In this document: one piece after another, positions 1-9,916 of the stretch
Numbering within the stretch: the first letter of the stretch is position 1
How the letters are laid out: each line of letters opens with the position of its first letter
NCBI GenBank assembly: GCA_964448395.1
Contig: CAYUWM010000001.1
Location: forward strand, 21,997 to 85,996
Source: an uncultured Dehalococcoidales bacterium
GTDB lineage: Bacteria; Chloroflexota; Dehalococcoidia; E44-bin15
Reading direction: 5' to 3'
DNA length: 64,000 bases
Made by a program: the position numbers and the translations under genes
Notes under the pieces: generated by a model
The model's input: the letters and a program-made list of their open reading frames with translations, nothing else
Told to the model about the DNA's origin: nothing
Database searches by the model: none

Positions 1-84
1 GTGGGTCAGGTTATGCGGGAGACCAAAGGGCGCGCCAACCACGCTGTGGTGACGAAATTATTGATAGAGAGGCTGGGGGAATAG
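1..84 (+). CDS. 3' end of a GatB/YqeY-domain protein (gene starts upstream of the window)
   Basis: Frame +1 is open from base 1 and reads VGQVMRETKGRANHAVVTKLLIERLGE-stop (TAG 82-84). This resembles the conserved G-x-VM-x-x-TKG-x-A C-terminal tail of GatB / YqeY domains. Confidence 0.5.
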   Translation: MGQVMRETKGRANHAVVTKLLIERLGE

Positions 85-85
85 T

Positions 86-307
86 ATGGAGACTTACCTG
101 TATGTTGCTCAAATAATACTTGCCGTTGTGCTGATCGCCGTTTTCCTGCTTCAGGTGAGGGGTGGCGGACTTGGAGGCATATTCGGCCAGCAGACCGGCA
201 TGTATCGCACTAAGCGGGGGATAGAGAAAACTCTGTTCCGCTTCACCATAATCCTGATGTTGATATTCGTTATTATCTCGATACTGGCAGTCCAGACGAG
301 CGGTTAG
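86..307 (+). CDS. secG: preprotein translocase subunit SecG
   Basis: 73-aa protein with two TM helices. The LLQ-x-x-GGGLGG-x-FG ... K-RG ... R-x-T pattern matches SecG. Confidence 0.8.
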   Translation: METYLYVAQIILAVVLIAVFLLQVRGGGLGGIFGQQTGMYRTKRGIEKTLFRFTIILMLIFVIISILAVQTSG

Positions 308-311
308 TTCC

Positions 312-1115
312 ATGGCAATCATCACCCTGACCACCGATTTCGGTGTCGATGACCCTTACGTGGCAGTGATGAAGGGTGTGATACTCTTAATCAACCCTGA
401 CGCTAACATCGTGGACATATGCCACACCGTAAAGCCGCAGGACGTGGCGCAGGGGGCATTCATCCTGAGCACCACACATCGCTACTACCCCAAAGGCTCG
501 ATACATATCGCGGTGGTGGATCCGGGTGTGGGCACCGAGCGACAGGCGGTATTGCTGATTACCTCTCAGGGGTTTTTCATTGGACCGGACAATGGCGTGC
601 TGAGCTATGTGGTAGAAGAGTCATTGCCGGATATCGAGGCTATCGCGCTGACCAACGAGCGCTACTGGCTATCTCCGCTAAGCAGCACCTTCCACGGGCG
701 GGATGTATTCGCTCCGGTTGCAGCCCACCTGTCTAAAGGGGTACCTCCGGGCCAATTCGGTGATCCCATTCCCTCGATTGCCACAATCCTTATCCCCAGA
801 CCACAAGCCGGTGAGGATGGTGTTCTCAAAGGAAGGGTGATCCATATCGATCGCTTCGGGAACCTGATCACCGACATCAGGGAGCCCGACCTGCCTGAGG
901 GGAGGCTCTTCGTTGAGGTCGGCGGCCACATCATCGATGACTTGAGTCCGTCGTATGAAGAGGGCGAGGAGCTGCTGGCGATCATGGGTTCGGAGAGCAG
1001 GCTGGAGGTATCGGTAAAGAAAGGCAGCGCTGCCAAGTTTCTCAAGTCCAAGGTAGGAGACGAGGTGAAGGTGGGGATTAACAAGGCATCGCTTAAGGGC
1101 AGATTCAGAAGGTAG
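312..1115 (+). CDS. SAM hydroxide adenosyltransferase family protein (DUF62, fluorinase/chlorinase-like)
   Basis: The N-terminal ITLTTDFG-x-DDPYV-x-VMKGV motif and the ~265-aa two-domain length are typical of this family. Confidence 0.85.
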   Translation: MAIITLTTDFGVDDPYVAVMKGVILLINPDANIVDICHTVKPQDVAQGAFILSTTHRYYPKGSIHIAVVDPGVGTERQAVLLITSQGFFIGPDNGVLSYVVEESLPDIEAIALTNERYWLSPLSSTFHGRDVFAPVAAHLSKGVPPGQFGDPIPSIATILIPRPQAGEDGVLKGRVIHIDRFGNLITDIREPDLPEGRLFVEVGGHIIDDLSPSYEEGEELLAIMGSESRLEVSVKKGSAAKFLKSKVGDEVKVGINKASLKGRFRR

Positions 1116-1118
1116 GCC

Positions 1119-2024
1119 ATGGCTGACTTGAAAATCTGGTTCTTGGAGACCAGGCCCAGCTTTCTGCTGCTGGTGCCGGTTTGCGTATTCACCGGCGTTG
1201 CTGTATCACTGTATGACGGCTACCCCTTCCGTCCCCTTTACTTTGCCCTGGCTTTCATCGGTGCCCTGTTCGCTCACATCAGCGTCAATGTGCTGAATGA
1301 GTATTCAGACTGGCGGACAGGGATAGATTTCCGTACCCAGAGAACACCCTTCAGCGGCGGCAGCGGCCTGCTGCCCGCGGGCCTGCTGAAGCCAGTACAG
1401 GCGCTGATGCTGGGTCTGGGTAGCCTGGCTATAACCGTTGCCATCGGCATCTACTTCGCCGTTATCTATACATGGGCTATCCTGCCCTTAGGGATCGTTG
1501 GGGTTTTACTAATCCTTCTGTATACGCCTTACCTGACCAAGCTGACGGGGATAACCGAGCTTGTAGGGCCAGGGCTGGGCTTCGGGCTGATGGTGCTTGG
1601 CACGTATGTCACCCAGTCCGGCGATTACCATGTATCGTCAGTGCTGGTGTCGCTGGTGGCTGGCCTGCTGATCGCCAACCTGCTGCTGATCAACGAGTTC
1701 CCCGATGTGGAGGCCGACCGGCCGGCTGGCAGGAAACACCTGCCCATAATCTTAGGAAGGGCGAAGGCTGCTTGGATATACTGCGCGATAGCCGTGATGG
1801 CTTATGCGGTGATAGTGGTGGGCGTTGCTATCGAATCGCTCCCGCTGTGGGCGCTGCTGGGGCTGGCCACGCTGCCGCTGGGGGTGAAGGCGATGGCGGG
1901 GGTGCTCAAGCATCACAGTGACATGCCCAGGCTAATGCCTTCACTGGGAATGAACGTCATGTCCGTGTTGCTGACCCCTACGCTGATGTCTGTCGGTATC
2001 ATCATCGCAACTTACACCGGGTAG
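1119..2024 (+). CDS. UbiA-family (MenA-like) polyprenyltransferase
   Basis: Polytopic membrane protein with the N-x-x-NEYSD-x-x-TGID aspartate-rich motif and a second NEFPDVEAD motif typical of UbiA/MenA prenyltransferases. Confidence 0.8.
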   Translation: MADLKIWFLETRPSFLLLVPVCVFTGVAVSLYDGYPFRPLYFALAFIGALFAHISVNVLNEYSDWRTGIDFRTQRTPFSGGSGLLPAGLLKPVQALMLGLGSLAITVAIGIYFAVIYTWAILPLGIVGVLLILLYTPYLTKLTGITELVGPGLGFGLMVLGTYVTQSGDYHVSSVLVSLVAGLLIANLLLINEFPDVEADRPAGRKHLPIILGRAKAAWIYCAIAVMAYAVIVVGVAIESLPLWALLGLATLPLGVKAMAGVLKHHSDMPRLMPSLGMNVMSVLLTPTLMSVGIIIATYTG

Positions 2025-2033
2025 TTAGCCTTT

Positions 2034-3452
2034 TTATATCTTGCGGCGCCAGGCTGTGCCCTTCGCTGTATCCTCGAGCGTTATACCCAGTTCTGCCAGC
2101 CCGTTGCGGATGCTGTCAGCAAGTTCCCAACCCTTCTCTCTCCTTGCCTCGTTGCGCTTCTGGATCATCAGCTCTATATAAAAGGGCGCTGGCTGCGCTT
2201 CGCTGGGCAGCTCGATGCCGAGCGATCTCGCAAGCTCGATGAACAAAGTTGAATCCAGCTGGACCTCCCTTTCCTCCAGCGTCAGCCCCAGTATCCCTGC
2301 GGCCAGCTCTTTCAGCGTCGCCTGCGCCTCACTGACATCGTAGGCAGCCTCGGCTGCGCGGTTGATATCGCGCGCCAGGTCGAACAGCACGGCGAGACCC
2401 TGCGCGGTATTGAAGTCGTCATCCATAGCATCAATGAAACGCTGACGGTAAAAAGCGATATCGAGCTCGGAGGGTTTCGTGCCGCCCTCACGGCGGGCTG
2501 CGGCGCGGAGCCTCTCGGAACCGCGCTCTGCCGATTCCCAGCCTTCATCGCTGCAGGTGAGCGGGCTACGGTAATGGGAGCTCAATATGAACAGCCGTAT
2601 CGCATCCGGGGTATATTGCTCCAGCGCCTCCTTGACGGTTATCAGGTTGCCCAGGGACTTGCTCATCTTCTCCTCACCGAGCTGCAGCAGTCCGTTGTGC
2701 ATCCAGTATTTAACGAAAGGCTTGACCCCACTGAAGGCCTCGGACTGCGCTATCTCGTTCTCGTGATGGGGGAATATGAGGTCCTGGCCCCCGCCGTGGA
2801 TGTCCAGCGTTTCGCCGAGGTATTTCAGCGACATTGCGCTGCACTCGATGTGCCAGCCCGGCCTTCCCGGGCCCCAGGGGCTGTCCCACTGCGGCTCGCC
2901 TGGCTTAGCACCCTTCCATAGGGTGAAGTCCATGGGGTCTTTTTTCTCGACACACTCCGCCTGCTCGCTGATCATGTCGTCCAGCTTTCGATGGCTCAGC
3001 TTGCCATATTCGGGGAAACTATTGACGCGGAAGTATACATCCCCACCGGAGGCGTAAGCATGTCCTTTATCCACAAGCCCTGATATGACCTCTATAATCT
3101 TGGGTATCTCCCCGGTGGCGCGGGGGTACACATCTACACGCCTGACGTTTAGGGCGTCCATATCCTTGAAGTACTCCGCAATAAAGCCCTCCGCCAGCTC
3201 TTTAACGGTTGTGCCCGTCTGGTTGGAGCGGGCGATCAGCTTATCGTCTATGTCAGTGAAGTTCTGAACGTACTTAACCTTGTAGCCTCGATACTCCAGA
3301 TACCGCCGGATGACATCGAACAGGATGTAGCTCATGGCGTGACCGATATGACACTCGCTGTAGGGGGTGACCCCGCAGACATACATCTTCACCGTATCAC
3401 CGGTGGGAATGAACTCTTCCTTCCTGCCGGATAGCGTGTTATAGATCTTCAT
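2034..3452 (-). CDS. cysS: cysteine--tRNA ligase
   Basis: N-terminus [31 protein letters not shown] (HIGH motif), a KMSKSLGN motif, 472 aa. Confidence 0.95.
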   Translation of the reverse strand: MKIYNTLSGRKEEFIPTGDTVKMYVCGVTPYSECHIGHAMSYILFDVIRRYLEYRGYKVKYVQNFTDIDDKLIARSNQTGTTVKELAEGFIAEYFKDMDALNVRRVDVYPRATGEIPKIIEVISGLVDKGHAYASGGDVYFRVNSFPEYGKLSHRKLDDMISEQAECVEKKDPMDFTLWKGAKPGEPQWDSPWGPGRPGWHIECSAMSLKYLGETLDIHGGGQDLIFPHHENEIAQSEAFSGVKPFVKYWMHNGLLQLGEEKMSKSLGNLITVKEALEQYTPDAIRLFILSSHYRSPLTCSDEGWESAERGSERLRAAARREGGTKPSELDIAFYRQRFIDAMDDDFNTAQGLAVLFDLARDINRAAEAAYDVSEAQATLKELAAGILGLTLEEREVQLDSTLFIELARSLGIELPSEAQPAPFYIELMIQKRNEARREKGWELADSIRNGLAELGITLEDTAKGTAWRRKI

Positions 3453-3931
3453 TTATCACTCTCTTCATCGATCAGGGCTACCGCATATGCGGCAATGCCC
3501 TCTCCTTTTCCCAGGGGACCTACGCCGTTAGAACTGGAAGCTTTGACTGACACCCGACTACTATCGATGTTGAGGGCACCGCTGATATTGCCTGCCATGC
3601 GGGTGATATATTCTGCCAGCTTGGGCTTATCGCATACAATGGTGGCATCGGTGTTTACGATTCTGAACCCGCCCTCGGATAGTTTAATGCCGGTGCGCTT
3701 CAGTAACTCTATACTGGATATATCCTTGTAGCGCGAGTCGTTGTCCGGGAAGTGAAAGCCGATATCTTGCATGGAGGCAGCACCGAGCAGGGAATCGATC
3801 ACCGCGTGTACCAGCACGTCGGCATCGCTGTGCCCGCTGAGGCCACGCTCGTAAGTTATCGTTACGCCGCCGAGGATTAAGGGGCGTCCATCGACAAGAG
3901 GGTGTACGTCATATCCAATTCCGATACGCAT
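3449..3931 (-). CDS. ispF: 2-C-methyl-D-erythritol 2,4-cyclodiphosphate synthase
   Basis: [34 protein letters not shown] motifs, 160 aa. 4-nt overlap with cysS. Confidence 0.95.
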   Translation of the reverse strand: MRIGIGYDVHPLVDGRPLILGGVTITYERGLSGHSDADVLVHAVIDSLLGAASMQDIGFHFPDNDSRYKDISSIELLKRTGIKLSEGGFRIVNTDATIVCDKPKLAEYITRMAGNISGALNIDSSRVSVKASSSNGVGPLGKGEGIAAYAVALIDEESDK

Positions 3932-3948
3932 TATTCAGGCTCTTGCAG

Positions 3949-4656
3949 TCATCGTTCCAAGTTCTTCAGGATAGCCTCAGCGATGGCAATGTCATCGGGA
4001 GTGGTTACCTTGATGTTGGCGGGTGAGCCGGGGAATATCTTGACTTTATATCCCAGACGCTCCACCAGCGAGGCATCATCGGTGACTCCTCCCTTCGCTT
4101 TACTGTGGGCCTCGCTTATTATATCAAATCTAAATACCTGGGGGGTTTGCACTGTCCACAGGCGATCTCGCAGAAGCGTTTTCTGAACAAATTGATCTGC
4201 AGACACAACCTTAATGGTGTCGCTCACGGGAATTGCCGGGATGGCGGCCCCGCTGTCTCGGGCTGCCTTCAGTGCGTCTCGGATTATGCCCTGGCTCACA
4301 CAGGGACGCGCCCCATCATGAATCATCACCCACTGGCAGCCGGTAAGCCACTGCAGACCCGCCCTTACCGAATCCTGGCGGCGTTCACCGCCGGGGCATA
4401 CATCCCTCACCTTTGAGAGTTTATAGTCATCGATCAGCCGTTTCGCTGCATCCAACTTGTCCTCGGCAATCACCAGAACTATATCCTCAATGTCAGTGCA
4501 AGACTGGAAGGCGCCTAGAGTACGAGCCAGCAGAGGTTTTCCCGCCAGCGGCATGAAGATCTTGTCTGCGCTGGCCATGCGCCTGCCCGCGCCGGCTGCA
4601 ACAACGATTACACCGACCTTGTCCATCACTAAATCACCAAGGGGTTGCATCACCAC
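3949..4656 (-). CDS. ispD: 2-C-methyl-D-erythritol 4-phosphate cytidylyltransferase
   Basis: VGVIVVAAGAGRRM P-loop-like motif and an ispD-ispF pairing. The true start may be ATG 4650 (TGATG overlap with the upstream gene) or ATG 4626. Confidence 0.9.
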   Translation of the reverse strand: MVMQPLGDLVMDKVGVIVVAAGAGRRMASADKIFMPLAGKPLLARTLGAFQSCTDIEDIVLVIAEDKLDAAKRLIDDYKLSKVRDVCPGGERRQDSVRAGLQWLTGCQWVMIHDGARPCVSQGIIRDALKAARDSGAAIPAIPVSDTIKVVSADQFVQKTLLRDRLWTVQTPQVFRFDIISEAHSKAKGGVTDDASLVERLGYKVKIFPGSPANIKVTTPDDIAIAEAILKNLER

Positions 4657-5267
4657 GGGATCAGGAAGTCCAGCAGGAGGCGCAGGGTCCAGTATCCGGC
4701 GAAGGCAACCATCAAGCCTTTAACCGTCTTGCCAGCGAATACCACAAGCATATATTTCCAGAACGGGTAGTGCAGCGCACCGGCGGCAGCCCCCACGATG
4801 TCGAAGAAGAAGTTCGGTATGGCAGAGAACAGGAAAAGCACTATAGTGCCGCGCCGCTGCATCCACTCCCGCAGCTTAGTGTAGACTTTCCTGTTCTGCA
4901 TCGAGCTGCGGCCGCTGAATCCCGCCATATAGGCGGGTATTTCGCCGACGGGTTCACCGAGTCCCGCCATCAATCCCACCAGCCATGGATTGAGTATTGC
5001 ACCCATGATGAAAATGAAAGGCAGGTGCGGCACCGGCACGATTATCACAGCCGCTCCCAATATTGCAATTATGAAAACGCCTAGATAGCCATAAGCCTCA
5101 ACGTCACCGGTTAACCCTCCGCTGAAGTAGATGGCGATGCTGAGGACCACTATCGCAACGATGGTGGTCAGGCTTACCCAGTGTCGCCTGATCCAGCGCC
5201 GCTTGATTACCGGCGCTAGCTCCTCTTCGGCAATAACATCGAGAGCATCCTCGTGTTCATCCATCAT
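4650..5267 (-). CDS. VTT/DedA-type (YqaA-like) membrane protein
   Basis: Multi-TM protein with the G-x-x-x-P-x-E-x-x-x-x-x-AG and SAIPNFFFD-x-x-G-x-AAG motifs of SNARE-associated/VTT domains. The ATG at 5267 is preferred over the TTG at 5294. Confidence 0.7.
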   Translation of the reverse strand: MMDEHEDALDVIAEEELAPVIKRRWIRRHWVSLTTIVAIVVLSIAIYFSGGLTGDVEAYGYLGVFIIAILGAAVIIVPVPHLPFIFIMGAILNPWLVGLMAGLGEPVGEIPAYMAGFSGRSSMQNRKVYTKLREWMQRRGTIVLFLFSAIPNFFFDIVGAAAGALHYPFWKYMLVVFAGKTVKGLMVAFAGYWTLRLLLDFLIPW

Positions 5268-5355
5268 GCTTCTGTGGTGAAAGGTTACAGGCAAGCAGCA
5301 GGGAAGTCAAGGGCAGGCTCGCAAGATTCAATCCCCACGGGGAACGACGGTGATA

Positions 5356-7788
5356 CTATTTACCACTTTTCTTTTTAGATTTAGCAGAGAAAGTGAATCC
5401 GTCAGGGCTTGAGTCGACCGTGACACGGTCGCCCTCTTTGAATTCCCCCTGTAGTATCTTTGTCGATAGTGGGTTCTCAACGCGGCGCTGAAGGGTACGG
5501 CGTAAGGGTCGGGCGCCGAACGCCGGATCGAATCCTTCCTTAGCCAGCTGCGACTTTGCCTCCTCCGTAAGTTCCACGGATATTTTGCGCTCCTCAAGTC
5601 GCTTCTGGATATCCTTCATCATCAGGTCGACGATGAGCTTGATCTGCTCTTCAGTGAGAGGCTGGAATATCACCACCTCATCGAGGCGGTTGAGAAACTC
5701 GGGACGGAAGGTTTTTTTCAAGGCGTCCTCAACGGCACTTTTTCGTCTCTCCATCTCGCCATTTGTCTCCTTGGAAAAGCCTATGGACTGGCGCTGAAAC
5801 TCCTCCGTGCCCAGGTTCGAGGTCATGATCACCACCGTATTCTTGAAATTTACGGTCCTGCCATGCCCGTCGGTAAGCCTGCCGTCCTCCAGGATCTGGA
5901 GCAGGATGTTAAACACGTTGGGGTGAGCCTTCTCCATCTCATCAAGCAGGATCACTTTATACGGGCGGCGGCGCACCGCCTCGGTGAGCTGACCTCCTTC
6001 TTCGTAGCCGATGTAGCCCGGGGGAGCGCCGATGAGCCGCGAAACGGTATGCCTTTCCATGTACTCGGACATATCCAGCCGTACCATGGCCTCTTCGTCA
6101 TCGAACAGGAACTCGGCAAGGGCACGCGCCAGCTCTGTCTTGCCCACGCCGGTAGGCCCGAGGAAGATGAAGCTGCCGATCGGCCGCCGCGGGTCCTTGA
6201 GTCCGGCCCGCGCCCGCCTGATGGACTCGGAAACAACCCTGACGGCATCTTCCTGGCCGATGATCCTCTGGTGCAGCCTCTCTTCCATGTGGAGCAGCTT
6301 CTCGGTCTCCTCCTCCAGCATGCGGGATACGGGGATGCCGGTCCAGCTGGATACCAGCTCAGCGATATCCTCCTCGTCCACCATACCATCGATCTTCTCC
6401 TCCTGGAGCCATGTCTGCTTAGCTTTATTGTATTCTTCCTCGACAGATATCCGCTCCACCTTCAGCCGGGAGGCGCGCTCGTAATCCTGTTTCTCCGATG
6501 CCGCCTCCTCTTCTCGGACCAGTTGCTGCAGTTTCTTTTCCAGGTCCTTCACATTCTTGGGGGCGCTTTCCGTGTCAATTCTTAGCTTGGCTGCCGCCTC
6601 ATCTATAAGGTCAATTGCTTTGTCCGGAAGATAGCGATCGGAGATATAGAGATGGCTCAGATGTGCCGCCGCCTCGAGGGCGGAATCGGTGAACCGGATC
6701 TTGTGATGTGCTTCGTAACGCGGTCGCAGCGCCCGCAGCATCTCGATGGTATCCTCCTCGCTGGGCTCGTCCACGTAGACGGGCTGCAGCCGCCGTTCCA
6801 GCGCGGCATCCTTCTCGATGTGCTCCCGGTATTCATCCAGCGTGGTTGCCCCCACGCACTGCAGTTCGCCGCGGGCTAGGGCTGGCTTGAGCATGTTGCT
6901 GGCATCGATGGCGCCCTCGGCGGCCCCGGCCCCGACCACGGTGTGTATCTCGTCGATAAACAGGACGATTTCGCCCTGGGCCTGGCGAATCTCGTCCATC
7001 ACCGCCTTCAATCGTTCCTCGAACTCGCCGCGGAACTTCGAGCCGGCGACCAGCGCCCCCATGTCGAGCGCTATCACTCGCTTGTTTTTCAGTGAATCGG
7101 GGGCGTCGCCGCTCACGATCATCTGGGCCAGACCCTCCACGATAGCGGTCTTGCCTACGCCAGCCTCCCCGATGATGACAGGGTTGTTCTTGGTGCGCCT
7201 GGTGAGCACCTGCATAACACGTTTGATCTCGTTATCACGCCCGATCACGGGATCGAGTTTCCCCTCCTCGGCGAGCATGGTGAGATCGCGGCTGTACTTC
7301 TCAAGAGCGCCGTATTTGCTCTCGGCGTGGGGGTCTGTCGCACGGTGGCTGCCCCGGATGTCGCGCAACGCCGAATAAAGCTTCTCCTGGTCGATGCCGA
7401 AATCGCTAAGTATCCGTGAAGCATCTCCGTCACGTTCAGCTGCCATGGCTATCAGTATGTGCTCCGTGCCGATGAACTCATCCTTCAGACGGTCGGCCTC
7501 GGCGGCTGCGTTCTCCAGCAAGTTTACCGTCCGTGGCGTGGTATAGACCGTCGCTTCCTCGTATGAAACCTGGGGCGTCTGTGCCAGCGCCTCTTCAACG
7601 CGGCTGCGCACCTCGCTGGCTTTTACCCCCAGCTTCTTCAATATATCTCCGGTCAGGCCTTTAGGCTGCTGCAGCATAGCGAGCAGTATGTGCTCCACAT
7701 CCCACTGGCTGTGCTTATAGCTGCGCACCAGTTCCTGCGAGCGGGCCAGCGTTTCCTGTGCCTGTTCGGTGAATCTATCCTGCCTCAT
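5356..7788 (-). CDS. clpC: ATP-dependent Clp protease ATP-binding subunit, ClpC type
   Basis: Two AAA+ modules (GEAGVGKT and GPTGVGKT Walker A). A short middle domain carries a UVR-like [10 protein letters not shown] motif. An IGF loop (QSIGFSK) for ClpP docking is present. 810 aa. Confidence 0.85.
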   Translation of the reverse strand: MRQDRFTEQAQETLARSQELVRSYKHSQWDVEHILLAMLQQPKGLTGDILKKLGVKASEVRSRVEEALAQTPQVSYEEATVYTTPRTVNLLENAAAEADRLKDEFIGTEHILIAMAAERDGDASRILSDFGIDQEKLYSALRDIRGSHRATDPHAESKYGALEKYSRDLTMLAEEGKLDPVIGRDNEIKRVMQVLTRRTKNNPVIIGEAGVGKTAIVEGLAQMIVSGDAPDSLKNKRVIALDMGALVAGSKFRGEFEERLKAVMDEIRQAQGEIVLFIDEIHTVVGAGAAEGAIDASNMLKPALARGELQCVGATTLDEYREHIEKDAALERRLQPVYVDEPSEEDTIEMLRALRPRYEAHHKIRFTDSALEAAAHLSHLYISDRYLPDKAIDLIDEAAAKLRIDTESAPKNVKDLEKKLQQLVREEEAASEKQDYERASRLKVERISVEEEYNKAKQTWLQEEKIDGMVDEEDIAELVSSWTGIPVSRMLEEETEKLLHMEERLHQRIIGQEDAVRVVSESIRRARAGLKDPRRPIGSFIFLGPTGVGKTELARALAEFLFDDEEAMVRLDMSEYMERHTVSRLIGAPPGYIGYEEGGQLTEAVRRRPYKVILLDEMEKAHPNVFNILLQILEDGRLTDGHGRTVNFKNTVVIMTSNLGTEEFQRQSIGFSKETNGEMERRKSAVEDALKKTFRPEFLNRLDEVVIFQPLTEEQIKLIVDLMMKDIQKRLEERKISVELTEEAKSQLAKEGFDPAFGARPLRRTLQRRVENPLSTKILQGEFKEGDRVTVDSSPDGFTFSAKSKKKSGK

Positions 7789-7834
7789 TTCTCAGCTCCT
7801 CGTTACTTCACGAATTCCTACGTTCAAATCGTTG

Positions 7835-8215
7835 CTATTGCTTCTTTCTCGCTTGTGGACGGCGCCTGCTCGGCGGCAGCATACGCTTGGGCCAGAGCCC
7901 TGCCTCCCGCAAGCGGTCGATCTCGCGCTCGGTTTCTGCTATCTGCTGCTCGAGCGTCTCGATGCGCTCGGTCAGACGCAGAATAACCTCTACGCCAGCC
8001 AGGTTTATCCCGAGGTCGTTCATCAGCGTCCTCACCTGGCGCAACCTCTCGATGTCCCTGTTGGAATAAAGGCGCACTCTGCCGCTTGAACGGGACGGCT
8101 CGATTATCCCCGCCTTCTCGTAATAGCGCAGGGTCTGGGCGTGTACACCAATCATTCTGGCTACAACACTGATCACATAACACGGTTCAGAATCGTTAAT
8201 GTTCATCAATAGCAC
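7835..8215 (-). CDS. hspR: MerR-family heat-shock repressor HspR
   Basis: YVISVVARMIGVHAQTLRYYEKAGIIEPSRSSGRVRLYSNRDIERLRQVRTL..GINLAG closely follows the HspR HTH pattern. It lies between a DnaJ-like gene and clpC. Confidence 0.8.
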   Translation of the reverse strand: MLLMNINDSEPCYVISVVARMIGVHAQTLRYYEKAGIIEPSRSSGRVRLYSNRDIERLRQVRTLMNDLGINLAGVEVILRLTERIETLEQQIAETEREIDRLREAGLWPKRMLPPSRRRPQARKKQ

Positions 8216-8234
8216 CTCATCCTATCCAAGCCTG

Positions 8235-9176
8235 TTACCCTTTAGGCCGAAGCTTTCTCAATTCCTCAAAAAGCTGCTTCTCCCGCTCCTTCAAGTTCTC
8301 CGGTATAACTACTTTTACCTTGGCGATGAGGTCACCCCTTGAGGTATCTCCCATCACCGGCATCCCCTGCTGCTTCAAGCGGAACATCTTGCCGTTCTGG
8401 GTCTCCGGCGGGATCTTAAGGGAGAGATTCTTCCCCTTTAGCGACGGAACGCCAACCTCTCCACCGAGGACGGCATCAGCAAGGGGTACATCAACCTCAA
8501 CATTAATATCGTTCCCCTTGCGCTGGAACACGGGATGGGGTCTAACTGAGACAACGAGATACAGGTCGCCCCGCGGGCCTTCGCCCGGGCCGGGCTCGCC
8601 CTTTCCGCTGACCTTAATACGAGAGCCGTCCTTGACCCCCGATGGCACCTTGACCTCGAGGCGGTGGCCCAAAACGTCCTCAACGACCCGGGTGGTGCCG
8701 TAGAAGGCCTCTTCTAGGGTCACCTCGGCAGGATACTCAACGTTCCTCCCACGGCGCGGCCTCTGAGGCGCGACCCTGGCGCCGGCACCGCGGGCGAAAG
8801 TGGTGAATATATCACTAAGATCGCTGTAGTCGCCCATGTCGCCGAAATCGACGAACTGAACCCTGGTGCCCTGGCTTGGCCGCTTCGAGGAATCGGAAAA
8901 ACCGGTAAAACCGCCGAACGGCCCCTGCTGCTGGGCATCGAGCTGGTCGGCATATTTCCAGTTATCGCCGTACTTGTCGTAGGCCTTGCGCTTCTTCGGA
9001 TCGGAGAGGACCTCGTGGGCAGTGTTGATATCCTTGAACCTCGCCTCCGCCGATTTATCCCCTGGATTGACATCGGGGTGGTGCTTGCGTGCCAGCTTGC
9101 GAAAGGCCTGCTTGATATCCTTATCAGAGGCCGTTTTGCTCACTCCCAACACATCGTAAAAGTTCTTAGATGCCAT
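8235..9176 (-). CDS. cbpA: DnaJ-class co-chaperone without zinc finger (CbpA type)
   Basis: J domain ([29 protein letters not shown]), a G/F-rich linker and a C-terminal substrate-binding domain. There are no CxxCxGxG repeats. Confidence 0.85.
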   Translation of the reverse strand: MASKNFYDVLGVSKTASDKDIKQAFRKLARKHHPDVNPGDKSAEARFKDINTAHEVLSDPKKRKAYDKYGDNWKYADQLDAQQQGPFGGFTGFSDSSKRPSQGTRVQFVDFGDMGDYSDLSDIFTTFARGAGARVAPQRPRRGRNVEYPAEVTLEEAFYGTTRVVEDVLGHRLEVKVPSGVKDGSRIKVSGKGEPGPGEGPRGDLYLVVSVRPHPVFQRKGNDINVEVDVPLADAVLGGEVGVPSLKGKNLSLKIPPETQNGKMFRLKQQGMPVMGDTSRGDLIAKVKVVIPENLKEREKQLFEELRKLRPKG

Positions 9177-9197
9177 AAATACCCCTAATCTAAAGTC

Positions 9198-9226
9198 ATT
9201 ATATAATAGATATGTTAATTTGTCAA
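9198..9226 (-). promoter_or_regulatory. sigma70-type promoter for the cbpA-hspR-clpC operon
   Basis: The minus strand reads TTGACA (9226-9221), a 17-nt spacer, then TATAAT (9203-9198). Both hexamers are perfect consensus. It sits about 22 nt upstream of the cbpA ATG. Confidence 0.7.
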
Positions 9227-9244
9227 TATATATTCTAACATCTA
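9207..9244. promoter_or_regulatory. imperfect inverted repeat overlapping the cbpA promoter (candidate HspR operator)
   Basis: TAGAT(AT)GTTA at 9207-9217 pairs with TAACATCTA at 9236-9244. The repeat spans the -35 hexamer and spacer of the minus-strand promoter. Confidence 0.3.
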
Positions 9245-9257
9245 CTAATAACTAGAC

Positions 9258-9286
9258 TTGACAATATGGTGTTAATGTGCTATATT
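9258..9286 (+). promoter_or_regulatory. sigma70-type promoter for hsp20
   Basis: TTGACA (9258-9263), a 17-nt spacer, then TATATT (9281-9286). A TTAAT-N7-ATTAA inverted repeat (9272-9288) overlaps the -10 hexamer. Confidence 0.65.
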
Positions 9287-9315
9287 AATTGAGGTAAAGA
9301 AAGGAGGTGAAATGG

Positions 9316-9855
9316 ATGAACCTGATACGCTGGGATCCGTTCCGGGAGCTGGTTGGGATGCGTCAGACGATGGACCGCCTGCTTGAAGGCGGGTACGTAA
9401 GGCCTTCGCGGCCGCTGGTAGGGTGGACCGAATGGGCGCAGCCTTCACTCGACATGTACCAGACGCCCAAGGAGGTGGTGATTAAGGCCGCCCTGCCCGG
9501 TGTTGACCCTGAGGATGTCGAAATCGAGATCGCGGGGAATACGCTGACAATCAAAGGCGAGATTAAGCAGGAAGAGAAGTCGGAAGAGGATGACTACCTC
9601 TGCCGCGAGTGCCACTATGGCAGCTATTACCGGGCCATCACCCTGCCTCAGTCAGTCAAGGGCGATAATGCAGAGGCCACCTTCGAAGACGGCATCCTCA
9701 CCCTGACTGTACCTAAGACTGAGGTGGAGAAGCCCAAGAAGATAGAGGTCAAGGCCAAAAAGGCTATCGAAGGCGGGCCAAATAAGCCCAAAACCGTCAA
9801 GTCTAGGGCGTCCAAGAAGAGCCCGAAGAAGAAAAAACCTGCTAAGGGCAAATAA
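9316..9855 (+). CDS. Hsp20/alpha-crystallin small heat-shock protein with a lysine-rich C-terminal tail
   Basis: MNLIRWDPFREL N-terminus and an alpha-crystallin core (A-LPGV-x-x-EDV-x-I..G-x-LTI-x-GE..A-x-F-x-DGILT-x-T-x-PK). AAGGAGG at 9301-9307 favours the ATG at 9316 over the GTG at 9307. Confidence 0.9.
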   Translation: MNLIRWDPFRELVGMRQTMDRLLEGGYVRPSRPLVGWTEWAQPSLDMYQTPKEVVIKAALPGVDPEDVEIEIAGNTLTIKGEIKQEEKSEEDDYLCRECHYGSYYRAITLPQSVKGDNAEATFEDGILTLTVPKTEVEKPKKIEVKAKKAIEGGPNKPKTVKSRASKKSPKKKKPAKGK

Positions 9856-9878
9856 ACCTGTCACAAAAATGCTTAGAG

Positions 9879-9910
9879 GAGAGTGGAGGAGATCCACTCT
9901 CTTTCTATTT
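9879..9910 (+). terminator. intrinsic terminator after hsp20
   Basis: A 9-bp stem (GAGAGTGGA 9879-9887 with TCCACTCTC 9893-9901), a 5-nt loop, then the T-rich run TTTCTATTT. Confidence 0.65.
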
Positions 9911-9916
9911 GCCGGA

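Noticed and set aside
5863-7378. Several 140-240-aa ORFs on the + strand
   Set aside because: All are antisense to clpC and none has recognisable domains.
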